Assembly (NCBI GenBank): GCA_963713605.1
Contig: CAVQMO010000001.1
Span: 416,001-480,000, forward strand
Length of the DNA stretch: 64,000 bases
Direction: 5' to 3'
Origin: an uncultured Nitrososphaerales archaeon
Lineage (GTDB): Archaea > Thermoproteota > Nitrososphaeria > Nitrososphaerales > Nitrososphaeraceae
The notes beneath the pieces were generated by a model. It had not been told where the DNA came from, did not search any database, and was given only the letters and a program-made list of their open reading frames with translations. A program made the translations under genes and the position numbers. Positions 20,320 to 31,307 of the stretch are shown here, one piece after another (position 1 is the stretch's first letter; the number at the start of each line of letters is the position of its first letter).

Positions 20320-21251
20320 AGAATATTCTCCAGGATTAGCACAAATAACCTGACGTTAAAGAAGCCACGGATTCTGAAAGCAATCTGAGCTGCTAGAGAA
20401 GCCGTCATATCGTTGATATCGTACGTGGGACAAAGTTCGACGATATCCATACCTACTATCCCTGAACTCACGGCGTGTTTGACCAGGCAGGTAAGCTCCA
20501 CGCTTGTAAGCCCGCATGGTGTAGGGACTGACACCCCGGGAGCAAATGCAGGATCAAGACAGTCGAGGTCAATTGACACATATTTTCTGGATGTATTTCT
20601 TGTGCGAATCTTGTCGACTGTTTTGTTCACACCTTCCTCCAGTATATCAAGCGGGGAAATAACTTGAAAACTGCTCCGTTGAATATTCTCAACTTCCTCT
20701 ATTTCAGCGGCCCTAGTTCCTACAAAAGTAACATTATTCTCGTCAAGTTTGTCAAGTGAGTCAGTTATCACCGATCCATAATAGTCTGTTTTAGAGGATA
20801 CAAAATCGGGATGAGCGTCGAAATATACTAAACCAATCTTACCTAATGTTGCAGAAATCGCATCTATAGCGATTGTAGTAACAGAATGATCTCCTCCAAT
20901 AATAACTGGAACGATTTTGTTTGCCACAAGTTCGCATATTAGTGAATATAAATCATTTCTACTAGTAAATCCTATATCTAAAATTTTCTTATTAAAGTAA
21001 TTCTTTCGCATTGGGCATATTAAGATAGTCTTACCTTCCCTTTTGAATACTTCAGAGTTTTCAAATGCGTTTCTCATTGCTCTAGGGCCCTGATCGGTCC
21101 CTTTTCTGGGTGCCAATGATTTACTCTCGTCGGCAACCAGTACCAAAGCGATCTCTGCTTCACTCATGGACGTAACATTTGCTAGGGGAAATCTATCAAC
21201 ATTCAATACAACTTTTCCAATAAATTCAGTCGGTATATAAACAGAGAGCAA
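20316..21251 (-). CDS. Ureohydrolase (agmatinase/arginase family); last residues probably frameshifted
   Basis: GGDHS, DAHPD, SIDLDCLDP, MDIVE metal-binding motifs. Confidence 0.9.
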   Translation of the reverse strand: MLSVYIPTEFIGKVVLNVDRFPLANVTSMSEAEIALVLVADESKSLAPRKGTDQGPRAMRNAFENSEVFKREGKTILICPMRKNYFNKKILDIGFTSRNDLYSLICELVANKIVPVIIGGDHSVTTIAIDAISATLGKIGLVYFDAHPDFVSSKTDYYGSVITDSLDKLDENNVTFVGTRAAEIEEVENIQRSSFQVISPLDILEEGVNKTVDKIRTRNTSRKYVSIDLDCLDPAFAPGVSVPTPCGLTSVELTCLVKHAVSSGIVGMDIVELCPTYDINDMTASLAAQIAFRIRGFFNVRLFVLILENIL

Positions 21252-21604
21252 CTAGACCACCTAAATGCACTCGATACCTTGGATGAGGGACTGGATACCC
21301 AAGATGAATCTGAGAGCAATAGGGCTATGGCCTAGTGAAGGGATTCAACCAGCAAAAATAGCGCATTGGGGACAAAACGCGTAATTAGGGTGCACGCAGT
21401 TGTCAGAGTTTGAGATGGTGATCCGAGTAATGCTTGCAATCAAAGTTACAGTCAAAAGCATTTTCATATAGTAAGACTATCGTGGCAATAAAGCACTTAC
21501 AGATCAACGTATATAACTATCTGTCCAATTTCAAACACAACTGAATATACGATCAGATTCTTTAATTGCTTTGAGACCCGTCTTATAGCTTGGCAACTAT
21601 CGTG

Positions 21605-21862
21605 TCAGAGCGGTCGGCTGAAATGACCAATGGGAACTTTTTTTGATTTCTTTTTTTTAGTTTGGTTAAGATCTTTCTTAACCTGCCTAAATTCCGCACA
21701 TCCACAGAATCCATACTCAGTAGAAATATGATCTTCGTAATCCAGCGTCACCATTAGACACTTGCCATAATGCCAAAATCGCACATGACCACAAACACAC
21801 ATGTCATAGTCGAGACCTTCGCTAACCTTCTTTTTGGCTTGCTTATGTCGAGTCGAATCCAA
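21605..21862 (-). CDS. Small Cys/His-rich basic protein (putative Zn-binding)
   Basis: CVCGH-x3-H-x3-C...CGCAEF, Lys-rich tail; TTG start. Confidence 0.6.
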   Translation of the reverse strand: MDSTRHKQAKKKVSEGLDYDMCVCGHVRFWHYGKCLMVTLDYEDHISTEYGFCGCAEFRQVKKDLNQTKKKKSKKVPIGHFSRPL

Positions 21863-22200
21863 ACATCACCTGTATCATGTAAACAAGCTCATAAACATTA
21901 GCATCCTTGCCCAGTTACAAAAGAAATCATGAACTCTTTGTCGAGCAACACTTAAAAAGCTTTCAAGGAAAAAGTCATAATTTATCCATCAGATAACCTT
22001 GAATTGTTATTTCAGAACGGCATTTCAAGGATGGGAATTAATTTGTAATGATCCAGCGATATCTAATGTGTGGCCTATAAGAACGCCTTTCTGACAACTG
22101 ATTAAAAGATCTGCGACTGCCTGGGAAACCTATGCTATAGAAAATAATTCGCCGCTATTAAGAGAACCTTTTTTAATAGATTTTATATCAATCAGATTAT

Positions 22201-23650
22201 TTGGAGAACGACTGTGATCTCTTAATCCATGGTGCTTTGGGAGTCGTAATACCCAAGGTAGGAGTACTCCAACTGGATATCCTCATCGAAGATGGAAAGA
22301 TCAAGGATCTAAGAAAGGATTCTTCCAGCGTAATTGCATCCAATAGGATTGATGCTTCTGGAAAATACGTGATACCTGGAGTAATCGATCCACATTCTCA
22401 TTATGGTGTCTTTAGCCCTATCGAAAAAGCAGCAAGAACTGAATCAAAGTCAGCAGCAATTGGTGGAATTACTTCCGTAATTCGAATGCTAAGACTAGAT
22501 GGTGAGCTATAGGAAATTGAGCGACCAATTGCGGATGAGTGCTAAGAATCATTATATTGACTATTCGATTCATGCGTCAATTCTTACCGATAAACAGGTA
22601 AAAGATATTCCATTCATGATCAACGACACGCACATAACCTCATTCAAAGTATACATGAATCTAGGGAATGGTTACAATCGCATTCTTATGGACTTAGATC
22701 CGGGGAATTCAGAATTGAATGAGCGCGAGATAAACATGAATGACGATCTAATTGAGAACATTTTGAAAAGTTGCTCGCGTGAAAACTCTACCGTAATTAT
22801 ACACGCTGAAGATCCAGCTATCTGCGCTGATAACACCTCAAAGCAAAAGCTCCTTGATGTATCAAACCCCAAAGAATCAGACCTCCAAAAGTGGTCAGAT
22901 AGCAGGCCACCCATATCAGAATCAGTGAGCATTTCGAGGATAACAAATCTTGGTAGAAAATACAATTCTAGGTTATATTTCGCACATATTGGCTCCACAG
23001 TCGCCCTTGATGCAATTATCAGCGAGAAAGAGAGAGGCAATTTAGTCACCTATATAGAAACATGTCCGCATTATCTAACCCACACCACTGATTTTGGTAG
23101 TGTCAAAGGAAAAGTTGTGCCTCCACTTCGCTCAAAATCAGATCTGCAAAGTATGTGGTACGGACTGAGAAACGGAATAATTGATACTGTGGGGACAGAT
23201 CATGTTGCAAATACGCTATCATTGAAGCAGGGTAAGGGAGACCTATGGACTGCGCTATCTGGATTTCCAGGTATGGGAACGATGCTGCCAGTTTTATTAA
23301 GCGAGGGTGTAAATAAAGATAGAATAACTCTTGAAAGACTAGTAGAAGTAACTTCCTATAGTACCGCCAGAATATTTGATATGTATCCTTCGAAAGGAAC
23401 CATCATGAATGGCTCAGATGCTGATCTCACCATTATCGATCTTGAAATGCAGAAAACCGTAACCCCTGATATATTGCAGTCAAGTTCAGACTACACAATA
23501 TATGACGGATGGAAACTTAATGGCTGGCCGGTTGCGACAATAGTAAGGGGCACGATTGTTATGAATGACGGTTCGGTAGATGAAAACACTTTAGGCCAAG
23601 GCAAATTAATCCTCAGGACCCGTTCTGGTGGGAGCGGAAGCAAGAATTAG
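22201..23650 (+). CDS. Cyclic amidohydrolase (dihydroorotase/dihydropyrimidinase/allantoinase family), frameshift near 22505
   Basis: PGVIDPHSH, AAIGGIT, SFKVYM, IHAED, ETCPHYL, GTDH, GSDADL. Confidence 0.9.
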
Positions 23651-24051
23651 GCGACTTGATAGAGCAAGATTTGCCTCGAAAGCGCTATTCAGATTACGGC
23701 AGTTACTAAATTTTTGATATTCTACTTTTCTTTCAAACTAAACTCGATCTTAGTTAAGGAGTATTTCATTAGGTAAAAATCTGCAAAGAAATTAGGATGA
23801 TAGAGCATTGCGTTAGCGCTCGCTGATCTGCTTCCATTTTAGCATGTTTCCAAATGATATCGCTAGTTTAGGCTGAGATTCATACCCAAAATTTAAGGGT
23901 AAAGTAAATAAGTTACCATAGGGAGGAACTGATAGATTTGAGTGTCGATGGCGTATCGAAGTATGAAAGCGATAATGATATCGAAGAGAATGGATCTATC
24001 AAACCGATCTGATACAAATAGCGAAGGTGGGGTTCTTGAGGTTCGAATCGA

Positions 24052-24774
24052 CTATGCATATACCAAATGTGTACCGTTTTTACGGAATGCGATTATCCTA
24101 AAAGGTCTTCCAATCGATGCTTCGTAATACCTATTAGCCCGTCTGGTGAAGATTCCAACTTCAACAATCCCTGGTATGCAAGTTAATTCCTTTTCCAGGG
24201 ATTCAGGATTTAGGATTGAAGGAAAAAGTGCATCAAAGATGATATTTCCATTATCCGTAAAATAGGGATAACCTGTAATAGATTGTCGTAGCTCAACTTT
24301 GGCGCCAATTCTGGTCAAGTTCCGATGAACTGTTGACCTAGCAAAAGGACTAACCTCGATTGGTACACTTCGATTGAATTGGTTGACAAATTTTGATGAA
24401 TCAGCTAATATTATGACTTTTCTTGCTGAATACATAAGTATTTTCTCCCGTAGTAACGCACCCCCTCCCCCTTTAATCATAAATAGGTTTGCATCAATTT
24501 GATCGGCACCATCAAATACGATATCAATCTGTCCGGTTTGCGGCGCATTCAAAATGAGCAATCCTGCATTTTCCGCTTCAACCGCTATCTGTAAAGAAGT
24601 AACTACAAATTTTAGATTTTTCTTATCGGTCATTCTACCCAATTCCCGTACAAGACATGCCATGGCCCTTCCGCTTCCCAATCCTATGATCTGATTATCC
24701 TTGACATGATTTCTTACTGCATGCTTTACTACTGAAGTGAAATCTGGTTTACCACTGACTTGCGAAGCTGTCAT
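24052..24774 (-). CDS. rpiA: Ribose-5-phosphate isomerase A
   Basis: GLGSG, DGADQ, IKGGGGALLREK, TDNGN. Confidence 0.95.
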   Translation of the reverse strand: MTASQVSGKPDFTSVVKHAVRNHVKDNQIIGLGSGRAMACLVRELGRMTDKKNLKFVVTSLQIAVEAENAGLLILNAPQTGQIDIVFDGADQIDANLFMIKGGGGALLREKILMYSARKVIILADSSKFVNQFNRSVPIEVSPFARSTVHRNLTRIGAKVELRQSITGYPYFTDNGNIIFDALFPSILNPESLEKELTCIPGIVEVGIFTRRANRYYEASIGRPFRIIAFRKNGTHLVYA

Positions 24775-24811
24775 CGCGAATCAAAATTTTGATAGTACCA
24801 GAAAACTGAAA

Positions 24812-25646
24812 TCAACCTTCACCGGCCTGGCCTTCCCCCAAGGATGATGAGGGTGGGCCTTTTTTTCCCTCTGCGGATTCTTTATCGCTTCCAGGGAGCG
24901 ATTTAGAGTCGTTTTCATCTTGATTCAGAGCAACGGAATTTTTGAGATCATCCACGCTTTCATCAGCATGAGTTTCATCAACTCTATTTTCACCTTGCTC
25001 AAGTCTGTCAAGTTCTAGTATTATTTGGTGGTGAAGTTCTTCGAGTTGTTTAACTTCAGGTCGATCATCAACAAAAGGTTGAGATTGAGCTTGAGTAGAT
25101 GAGGTGGAAGTTGGTAATTGTTTTAATTCGTGAATGCGTTTAGAATCATGCAGATTGTCATCTACTGCTTCTTTGACTGCCTTCTCTAATACCTGTTCTA
25201 TTCGGTCACCTTCTCTACTTCCATATGTGATTGCGAATCTATTTTGAATGTCTTTTAATCTCTGATCAATCGACGATATTCTCCTGTTCATCATTTCAGT
25301 AAGGTTATCTCGTTGGTTTCTGAGATCTGTAAAATCTAACAAGTTCTGATATTTGTCTATTTTCTCCTCGTATTGTTCTATCTGCGTTGTGTACTGTTGA
25401 AGCGAGCTTATCTCGCTCATATACGTCGATTCTCTTCTCATTGAATGCTGTATCCACTTTAATGGCCGATTCAGCCACTAAATTCCTTTCAAATTCAAGC
25501 GAATTTAACTCGGTTTTTACAGAATCATTGGACGCGAGTGTATTCTTGTTCGCTTTTGAGAAGGCAGGCTTTACTAACCTGTCGATCGCAATAGTCAAGA
25601 GGGAGCCAGCAATGGCGCTCCCAACAAATATGATCTCTTCATTCAA
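24812..25646 (-). CDS. Membrane-anchored coiled-coil hypothetical protein, frameshift near 25405
   Basis: N-terminal hydrophobic helix (25305..25646 ORF) continues into the helical/acidic ORF 24812..25441. Confidence 0.65.
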
Positions 25647-25735
25647 TCGATGTCACTCTATGAATGTAACTACAATATAGAGTATTGTAAATCATAGAAT
25701 GTATCATAATTCAATAAGTGGTCTGAGTCCACTAA

Positions 25736-25906
25736 TTAGAAGACCCTGCGTTTAATCCAGCTATATCTTCGGATATGTGGATCGGGGAATCCGCATTTCG
25801 AACATTGTTTTCCTCTCTTGTGGTAGGAGTTATGACCGCATCTTCTACAACGTATATGTGTCTTCTTTCGGGTGAAATTACCCATTGAAGTAGTGCCTTT
25901 TGTCAT
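25736..25906 (-). CDS. rpl37e: 50S ribosomal protein L37e
   Basis: Manual translation [41 protein letters not shown]...RRYSW (56 aa); follows the Sm gene as usual in archaea. Confidence 0.96.
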   Translation of the reverse strand: MTKGTTSMGNFTRKKTHIRCRRCGHNSYHKRGKQCSKCGFPDPHIRRYSWIKRRVF

Positions 25907-25919
25907 TTTACAATCTTCC

Positions 25920-26150
25920 TTACTGAGGAGGCGGGGATATTATGACAACGTTGTCTCCTCGTACAACAATGGTTCCTAAATCATTTGACTTACTTTCTTC
26001 CAATAATTCAACAGAGTCTTCAAGCAACAGATTCATGTGTTGGTCGAATCCGTGTAGACTCCCTCTGATCACTTTACCGCCCTTTAGCTTAATAAGCACA
26101 ACTTTCCCTAGGCTCTCGTCTAGAACCTTTACTGCCATGTCTACCGACAA
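25920..26150 (-). CDS. Sm-like archaeal protein (LSm/SmAP1)
   Basis: [16 protein letters not shown]. Confidence 0.95.
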   Translation of the reverse strand: MSVDMAVKVLDESLGKVVLIKLKGGKVIRGSLHGFDQHMNLLLEDSVELLEESKSNDLGTIVVRGDNVVIISPPPQ

Positions 26151-26301
26151 TCTTGATTCCTCTATAAAGCAATACTCACGTATATATTAAAATTCTGATT
26201 GTGCAATAACCCAGCGTGGCCGAGTCATAGAAATTGTATGTAATTGCTAGGAGCGAAAGGCGTGTCGCTTTACCTAATATCACAGGCATGTGTTTGGAAT
26301 G

Positions 26302-27009
26302 CTAGTCAAATTCAAGAATTGTTCTGATAACATTTTCGCTTATTTCACTGAGTAATTTCCTCCCCTTTTCAGCTGACGCAAGTTTCGGGTCTCCCCACAC
26401 CCCATTGCCAGTTAACTCAGGAAAAGAACCCGGCCTGCAAGTCATGCTCCTGTAGGCCTCTCTCGACTTCATGAGAATTTTGCCGCTTGCTTCCGCCTTA
26501 TCCATCTTTACCAGTGTTGGTTTTATTGCCAATAATATTGAAGTTTCCACCTCGCCCGCGTGATCGAATCTTTCATTCATCAAGGACCAATAATTGATTA
26601 TATGAACTGCTGAATCTGCTGACATTCTTTCAATTGTATTCTGAGAAACATATTGTAACACTCCCACATTCCCATGATGACCATTGATTATCACTATTTT
26701 TTTGATACCAAGATGGGCTATAGATATGCATATATCACACAATACATTGGAGAGTGTGGAATCGTGGACTGAAACGTTAAACATTGGGGCGTGTTCAAAC
26801 GATACCCCATAAGGAACAACAGGGAACACAAAATATTCCAATCTCCGACCTGCCTCTTTAGAAATGTGTTCAGCAATCAAGCAATCTGTTGACACTGGCA
26901 GGTGTTGTCCATGCTGTTCAAGTGAACCTACAGGTATTATCGCAGATTCGGTTTGTTCTAATCGATCGCGAAAATCCCTGTCACTTAAGTCGTAAATAGA
27001 TAGGGCCAT
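26302..27009 (-). CDS. Creatininase family amidohydrolase
   Basis: PVGSLEQHGQHLP, NGHHGN, DHAGEVETS, GVWGDP. Confidence 0.9.
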   Translation of the reverse strand: MALSIYDLSDRDFRDRLEQTESAIIPVGSLEQHGQHLPVSTDCLIAEHISKEAGRRLEYFVFPVVPYGVSFEHAPMFNVSVHDSTLSNVLCDICISIAHLGIKKIVIINGHHGNVGVLQYVSQNTIERMSADSAVHIINYWSLMNERFDHAGEVETSILLAIKPTLVKMDKAEASGKILMKSREAYRSMTCRPGSFPELTGNGVWGDPKLASAEKGRKLLSEISENVIRTILEFD

Positions 27010-27094
27010 TACAATTGTACGGACTAGCTTGAATATCAGTCTTATATTGTTGGCGGAGGTCTATAACCCTAAACCTATAATCCGAAGATCATTC

Positions 27095-27972
27095 TCAACT
27101 TTTGGATAAGGTATGTACTTTGCTCCAATAAACGTCTAATCTGTCATCAAGAAAAAGTTTAACTGCCTCTAATAGGGTTGCCGCCTTCCATCTGCTGACC
27201 CTTCTTTTTTATCGTCTCAAGAGTATCGTCTTCGGTTACCTTAAAGGCTTCTTGACAAATAATGGGGCCCTGGTCTAGTTCCTCAGTAACAAAATGGGCT
27301 GTACATCCCACTATTTTTGCACCTCTTTCGAATGCCTGCACATACGCGTAAGCTCCTGGAAATGCTGGTAATAATGAGGGGTGGATGTTTATGATTCTGT
27401 TAGGATAACGCCAGACAAAATTGGGTGTTAATACGCGCATATAACGAGCAAGTACTATGAGATCTATGTTATAATCTTCTATAACTTCCAAGATCTCACT
27501 TTCTGCATTTGATGAACCACCTTCATATGAGACCGAATGAAAGGGGATTGAAAAGCTCATCTGCAATGCTCTTGAGGGTACTTTCATTACCAATAATTAC
27601 TGAAATATTCGAGTCGATTTCCTTGTTTTGCAGAGCATCCAGTATTGATGACAAACAATGAGGTTCTTTACTTACTAATAGGGCAACGTTTTTCTTTCTA
27701 TTAGGCTCTTCAACGTGAGCCTTGATCTCCATTTGTAATTTGTTGGAAAGATCGCGCAGTTCTGAATGTATTTCATGAAGTTTTATAGCGTTATGAAACG
27801 AAGCTTCCAGATGCATTCCAAATAAACCGTGGACGACCTTCTGGTTAATCTGTTCAATATTTCCGCCATTACGGAAAATAGAGTTGGTTATTTCAGTCAC
27901 TACCCCCTCCCGATCCTTGCCTACCACGGTGATCTCGATTAGTGTCTTGTCTTTTGTGCTCCGACGAGCCAA
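27095..27972 (-). CDS. purU: Formyltetrahydrofolate deformylase, two frameshifts
   Basis: N-terminal ACT (GKDREGVV), VSKEPHCL, LARYMRVL, INIHPSLLPAFPGA, GCTAHFV; C-terminus read to stop at 27095. Confidence 0.92.
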
Positions 27973-28154
27973 CGACGTAGAAATAAGTGATACTTTACAT
28001 AAACCTTACACCTTGAAAAAGTATAAATCCTTCGACTAAGTATGCGTATTTAGAATTAGAACCCAAATGTTCGTGCACATTAAGGACTTTGAAACATTTT
28101 GTCACACTGAACTGTGATATTATGAGAAAATATTTGCTATAGGCCAGAATCTAT

Positions 28155-28364
28155 ATGAAACGCGGGATCAATCGCCAGCCACAACAACAACAACATAGTA
28201 AGACGCGAGGGCATAAAAAAAATTTTGATTATAATAAGCCACTAGACAGATGTATAATTTGTTACACTATTTCAGGTTGGCATTGCGGAGATTGTAACAA
28301 CCATTTTTGCGCTGCACACTTTAACAACCATAAGCAGCTTGATCAATGCATCAAGCAAATATGA
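28155..28364 (+). CDS. Small zinc-finger protein
   Basis: CIIC-x7-CGDC-x4-CAAHF-x2-H ligand pattern, 69 aa, basic/Gln-rich N-terminus. Confidence 0.65.
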   Translation: MKRGINRQPQQQQHSKTRGHKKNFDYNKPLDRCIICYTISGWHCGDCNNHFCAAHFNNHKQLDQCIKQI

Positions 28365-28379
28365 AGAAGTAAACATTCA

Positions 28380-28523
28380 TGCGGGGGGTGGGATTTGAAC
28401 CCACGAATCCCTTAGGAACAGGGTTATAGGAGTAGAGACCTGACCCATTCTAAGCCTCGCACAACCATGTATTTTTGTAACACATGAAGTCCTGCGCCGT
28501 TGGCCAGGCTTGGCAACCCCCGC
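28380..28523 (-). tRNA. tRNA-Leu (probably TAG) with two insertions: 35-nt intron at 30/31 (28456-28490) and 24 nt after position 37 (28425-28448)
   Basis: Reverse complement gives GCGGGGG TTGCCAAGCCTGGCCAACGGCG CAGG[35]G CT TAG A[24]A CCCTG, long variable arm, GTGGGTTCAAATCCCAC CCCCCGC A; mature length 85 nt. Confidence 0.88.
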
Positions 28524-29193
28524 TCGCAAGCTGTTCACTGTGCGCTTCAATATATTAGCGTTTATGGGTTAAGATGCATGATTCAACTATAGTGAGAATA
28601 CTATACCGAATGATAAAACAATAACTATCCCCATTGTGTAACGCAAGTACTTCGTAACCACTAGAATAGAATAAAGAGACGTTCTTAATTAGCATACCAG
28701 TCTAGCTGGGAAAGTTTTCACCTTGAAATTATTATTCTTTGCTAGTCTACATGATTAAACGTACTGATGCGATTCCATCGACGATTTCGTCAAGGGCAAT
28801 TGGGTTATGCTGCCCGTCAAACTTCGCGATGGGTCTAGGCTAAGATCACTCTTAGGGTACCAAAATACAAAATCACCAATCGCCTCGAGCTCAGCCTAAG
28901 TTCCCTTTTGCTTATTCTAATGCCAGTACGTGTAATCATAATCACTGTCAACAGTGATTCGACTGCTAATTAGCATTCCGTCTTAAAAATAATTTGAATG
29001 TGATCAGTTCACTGGATTAGTTCGCCTATGAAGTGAAATCATGGATCAGATTTATTTCATCATGAAGAAGAAGTGACCTCATCTGAGTTCTCTTTTTTAA
29101 TTTGATAAATTCCCTATTGATACACACTTGATGTAATCACTGTCATTAATGTGATCATTATCATTAAATTACATTTCAGAGCTTAAAAGCAGA

Positions 29194-30585
29194 ATGGAAC
29201 GTGAGCATACCCGCAAGCTATTTGGAACTAATGGAGTTAGAGGAATTTTCGGTCAAGACCTTAATATCGAGTTAATTATCAAAGTTTCTCGTTCATTAGC
29301 ATCGTTTTTTGCTAAAGGTCCACTCTTAGTCGGTTTTGACGGACGAATATCGAGTCCAATAATTTCCAGAATCGTTTCTGCAACGCATAATTCTTCCGGG
29401 GTGGATACCTCTATGGCAGGACTTCTACCCACTCCATGTTTGCAATACGCGACCAGATACTTAGGATATCAAGGAGGCATTATGATTACTGCTTCACATA
29501 ATCCCCCCGAATACAATGGAATTAAAGTGATTGCAAGTGACGGAGTAGAAATTTCAAGAGAAGACGAGTCCAAAATAGAGCTCAAATTTAATTCTGGTGA
29601 CATAACCCCAATAATGAAAATAGGACGAGAAAGTAAAGAAGATAGAGTTATTTCATCATATGTAGATTCTGCTATCAACATTGTAAAGTCAGAAAACATT
29701 TACCCAAAAGGATTCAAGATTGTAATGGATATTGGAAATGGGGTGCAAGCATTAGTTGCCCCGATGATAGCTCAGAAACTCGGATGTAAAGTTTTGACCG
29801 TGAATGGTAATATAGATGGTAACTTTCCTGGGAGGGGTTCTGAACCCACGCCCACTAACCTTATTACTCTTACTTCACTCGTAAAGTCCACTAATGCGGA
29901 CTTTGGGGTGGCGTACGACGGTGACGGGGATCGAAGTATTTTTTGCGATGAGAATGGGCAGATTATTTGGGGCGATAGATTAGGTGCCTCACTAATTAAG
30001 TATCTATTGAAGAATGGCTATGAAGGGACGGATATTGTCTGCCCAGTGAATACTACAATGATGGTTAGTATTGTCGCTAAGAACGAAGGATCTAAAGTTA
30101 TTCATACTAAGGTAGGAAGCGTCGAAGTTTCGCGAGAGATGATTAAAAGAAATGCGATGTTAGGGCTTGAAGAAAATGGCGGTTTCATGAATGCGAGGTT
30201 GAATTGTGTCCGAGATGGGGCCCTGACTACCCTATTGGTCTTGGAGATGTTATCGTCGAGCTCTGGAAAGCGGCCGCTTTCCAGGGAGATCATGGATCTG
30301 CCACAGATCTTTCAGTACAAGTCTAAATTCAATTGTAAGTCACTAGAGCTGGCTGAACGTGTCATTGAGTCGTGTTCAAGTCATGGCACAAATATTAGTG
30401 TAGAGAATCTTGACGGCATCAAGATCTGGATTGATGAAGAGACCTGGGTAATGGTAAGAGCTAGTGGGACTGAACCACTAATTAGAGTGTACGCAGAATC
30501 GACAGACAAAGATCTTTTGGACTCTAAGGTGCGCGAATACTCTAACGTTATTAGAAATGTGCTGGACAGTGACAAAGTCAGATAG
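29194..30585 (+). CDS. Phosphoglucosamine mutase / phosphomannomutase-phosphoglucomutase
   Basis: LFGTNGVRG, ITASHNP, DGDGDR, EENGG, RASGTEP. Confidence 0.93.
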   Translation: MEREHTRKLFGTNGVRGIFGQDLNIELIIKVSRSLASFFAKGPLLVGFDGRISSPIISRIVSATHNSSGVDTSMAGLLPTPCLQYATRYLGYQGGIMITASHNPPEYNGIKVIASDGVEISREDESKIELKFNSGDITPIMKIGRESKEDRVISSYVDSAINIVKSENIYPKGFKIVMDIGNGVQALVAPMIAQKLGCKVLTVNGNIDGNFPGRGSEPTPTNLITLTSLVKSTNADFGVAYDGDGDRSIFCDENGQIIWGDRLGASLIKYLLKNGYEGTDIVCPVNTTMMVSIVAKNEGSKVIHTKVGSVEVSREMIKRNAMLGLEENGGFMNARLNCVRDGALTTLLVLEMLSSSSGKRPLSREIMDLPQIFQYKSKFNCKSLELAERVIESCSSHGTNISVENLDGIKIWIDEETWVMVRASGTEPLIRVYAESTDKDLLDSKVREYSNVIRNVLDSDKVR

Positions 30586-30603
30586 CCCTTATCATGGATA
30601 ACA

Positions 30604-30612
30604 TATTTAATA
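30604..30612 (+). promoter_or_regulatory. Probable TATA box of the rpl7ae operon
   Basis: TATTTAATA about 55 nt upstream of the ATG, leaving a ~33-nt leader. Confidence 0.6.
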
Positions 30613-30633
30613 CTCCACTGATCTCATATAGAA

Positions 30634-30664
30634 GAATCGAGATGATCCCAGAGGGTGATTATTT
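30634..30664 (+). promoter_or_regulatory. Kink-turn motif in the rpl7ae 5' leader (putative L7Ae autoregulation)
   Basis: GA-[GAT]-GA-T-CCC-AGA-GGG-T-GA-TT: 3-nt bulge, tandem sheared G.A pairs, U.U, CCC/GGG stem. Confidence 0.7.
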
Positions 30665-30667
30665 AAA

Positions 30668-31051
30668 ATGAGTAGGCCGTATTATGTCAAATTCGAGACA
30701 CCTAAAGACCTTGTGAATGTGATATACGAGGCAGTTAGAGTGGCTAAGCAGAGTGGAAAGGTACGTAGGGGAACCAATGAGACTACAAAATCCATTGAAC
30801 GAGGGAATACAAAATTAGTAGTGATTGCAGAGAACGTGGAACCACCTGAAGTTGTCGCTCATCTGCCAATTTTGTGTGAGGAAAGAAATGCTCCATATAT
30901 CTTTGTTCCAAGTAAGGAACAACTGGGAGCCTCTTTGGGTATGGACGTCGGATCAGCGGCTGCGACCATCCTTGATCCAGGTGAAGCTCAGACTATTGTT
31001 GAGCAAGTTCTTAATTCCATACAGCCGCTAAGAGACAAGAGAAAGGAATAG
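30668..31051 (+). CDS. rpl7ae: 50S ribosomal protein L7Ae
   Basis: [23 protein letters not shown]. Confidence 0.97.
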   Translation: MSRPYYVKFETPKDLVNVIYEAVRVAKQSGKVRRGTNETTKSIERGNTKLVVIAENVEPPEVVAHLPILCEERNAPYIFVPSKEQLGASLGMDVGSAAATILDPGEAQTIVEQVLNSIQPLRDKRKE

Positions 31052-31059
31052 AGGAGATT

Positions 31060-31275
31060 ATGAGCAAGTCATCCGAAGAGAGGATAAATCCGGCAGAGGT
31101 AATCCAGATAGTAGGTCGAACAGGGATCGCGGGAGAGGTTATCCAAGTTAGAGTGAGGATCCTTGAAGGAAAGGACAAAGGCCGAATCCTGACAAGGAAT
31201 GTCAAAGGATCAATAAGAATGAACGATATATTGATGCTCCGAGAAACAGAGCGAGAAGCTCGAAAAATAAAGTAA
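31060..31275 (+). CDS. rps28e: 30S ribosomal protein S28e
   Basis: [26 protein letters not shown]. Confidence 0.97.
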   Translation: MSKSSEERINPAEVIQIVGRTGIAGEVIQVRVRILEGKDKGRILTRNVKGSIRMNDILMLRETEREARKIK

Positions 31276-31307
31276 GGTTCAGTGTATTAGGGGTGTTAGA
31301 CTAGTAA

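Noticed and set aside
21255..21470. Possible guanidine-type riboswitch upstream of the ureohydrolase (GGGGACAAAACGCG resembles a ykkC 3' motif)
   Set aside because: The motif is on the strand opposite the gene and the other conserved elements are missing or out of order.
20316..27009. Ureohydrolase, cyclic amidohydrolase and creatininase as an organic-nitrogen utilisation island
   Set aside because: Genes are on different strands, separated by housekeeping genes, and each family has ordinary biosynthetic roles.
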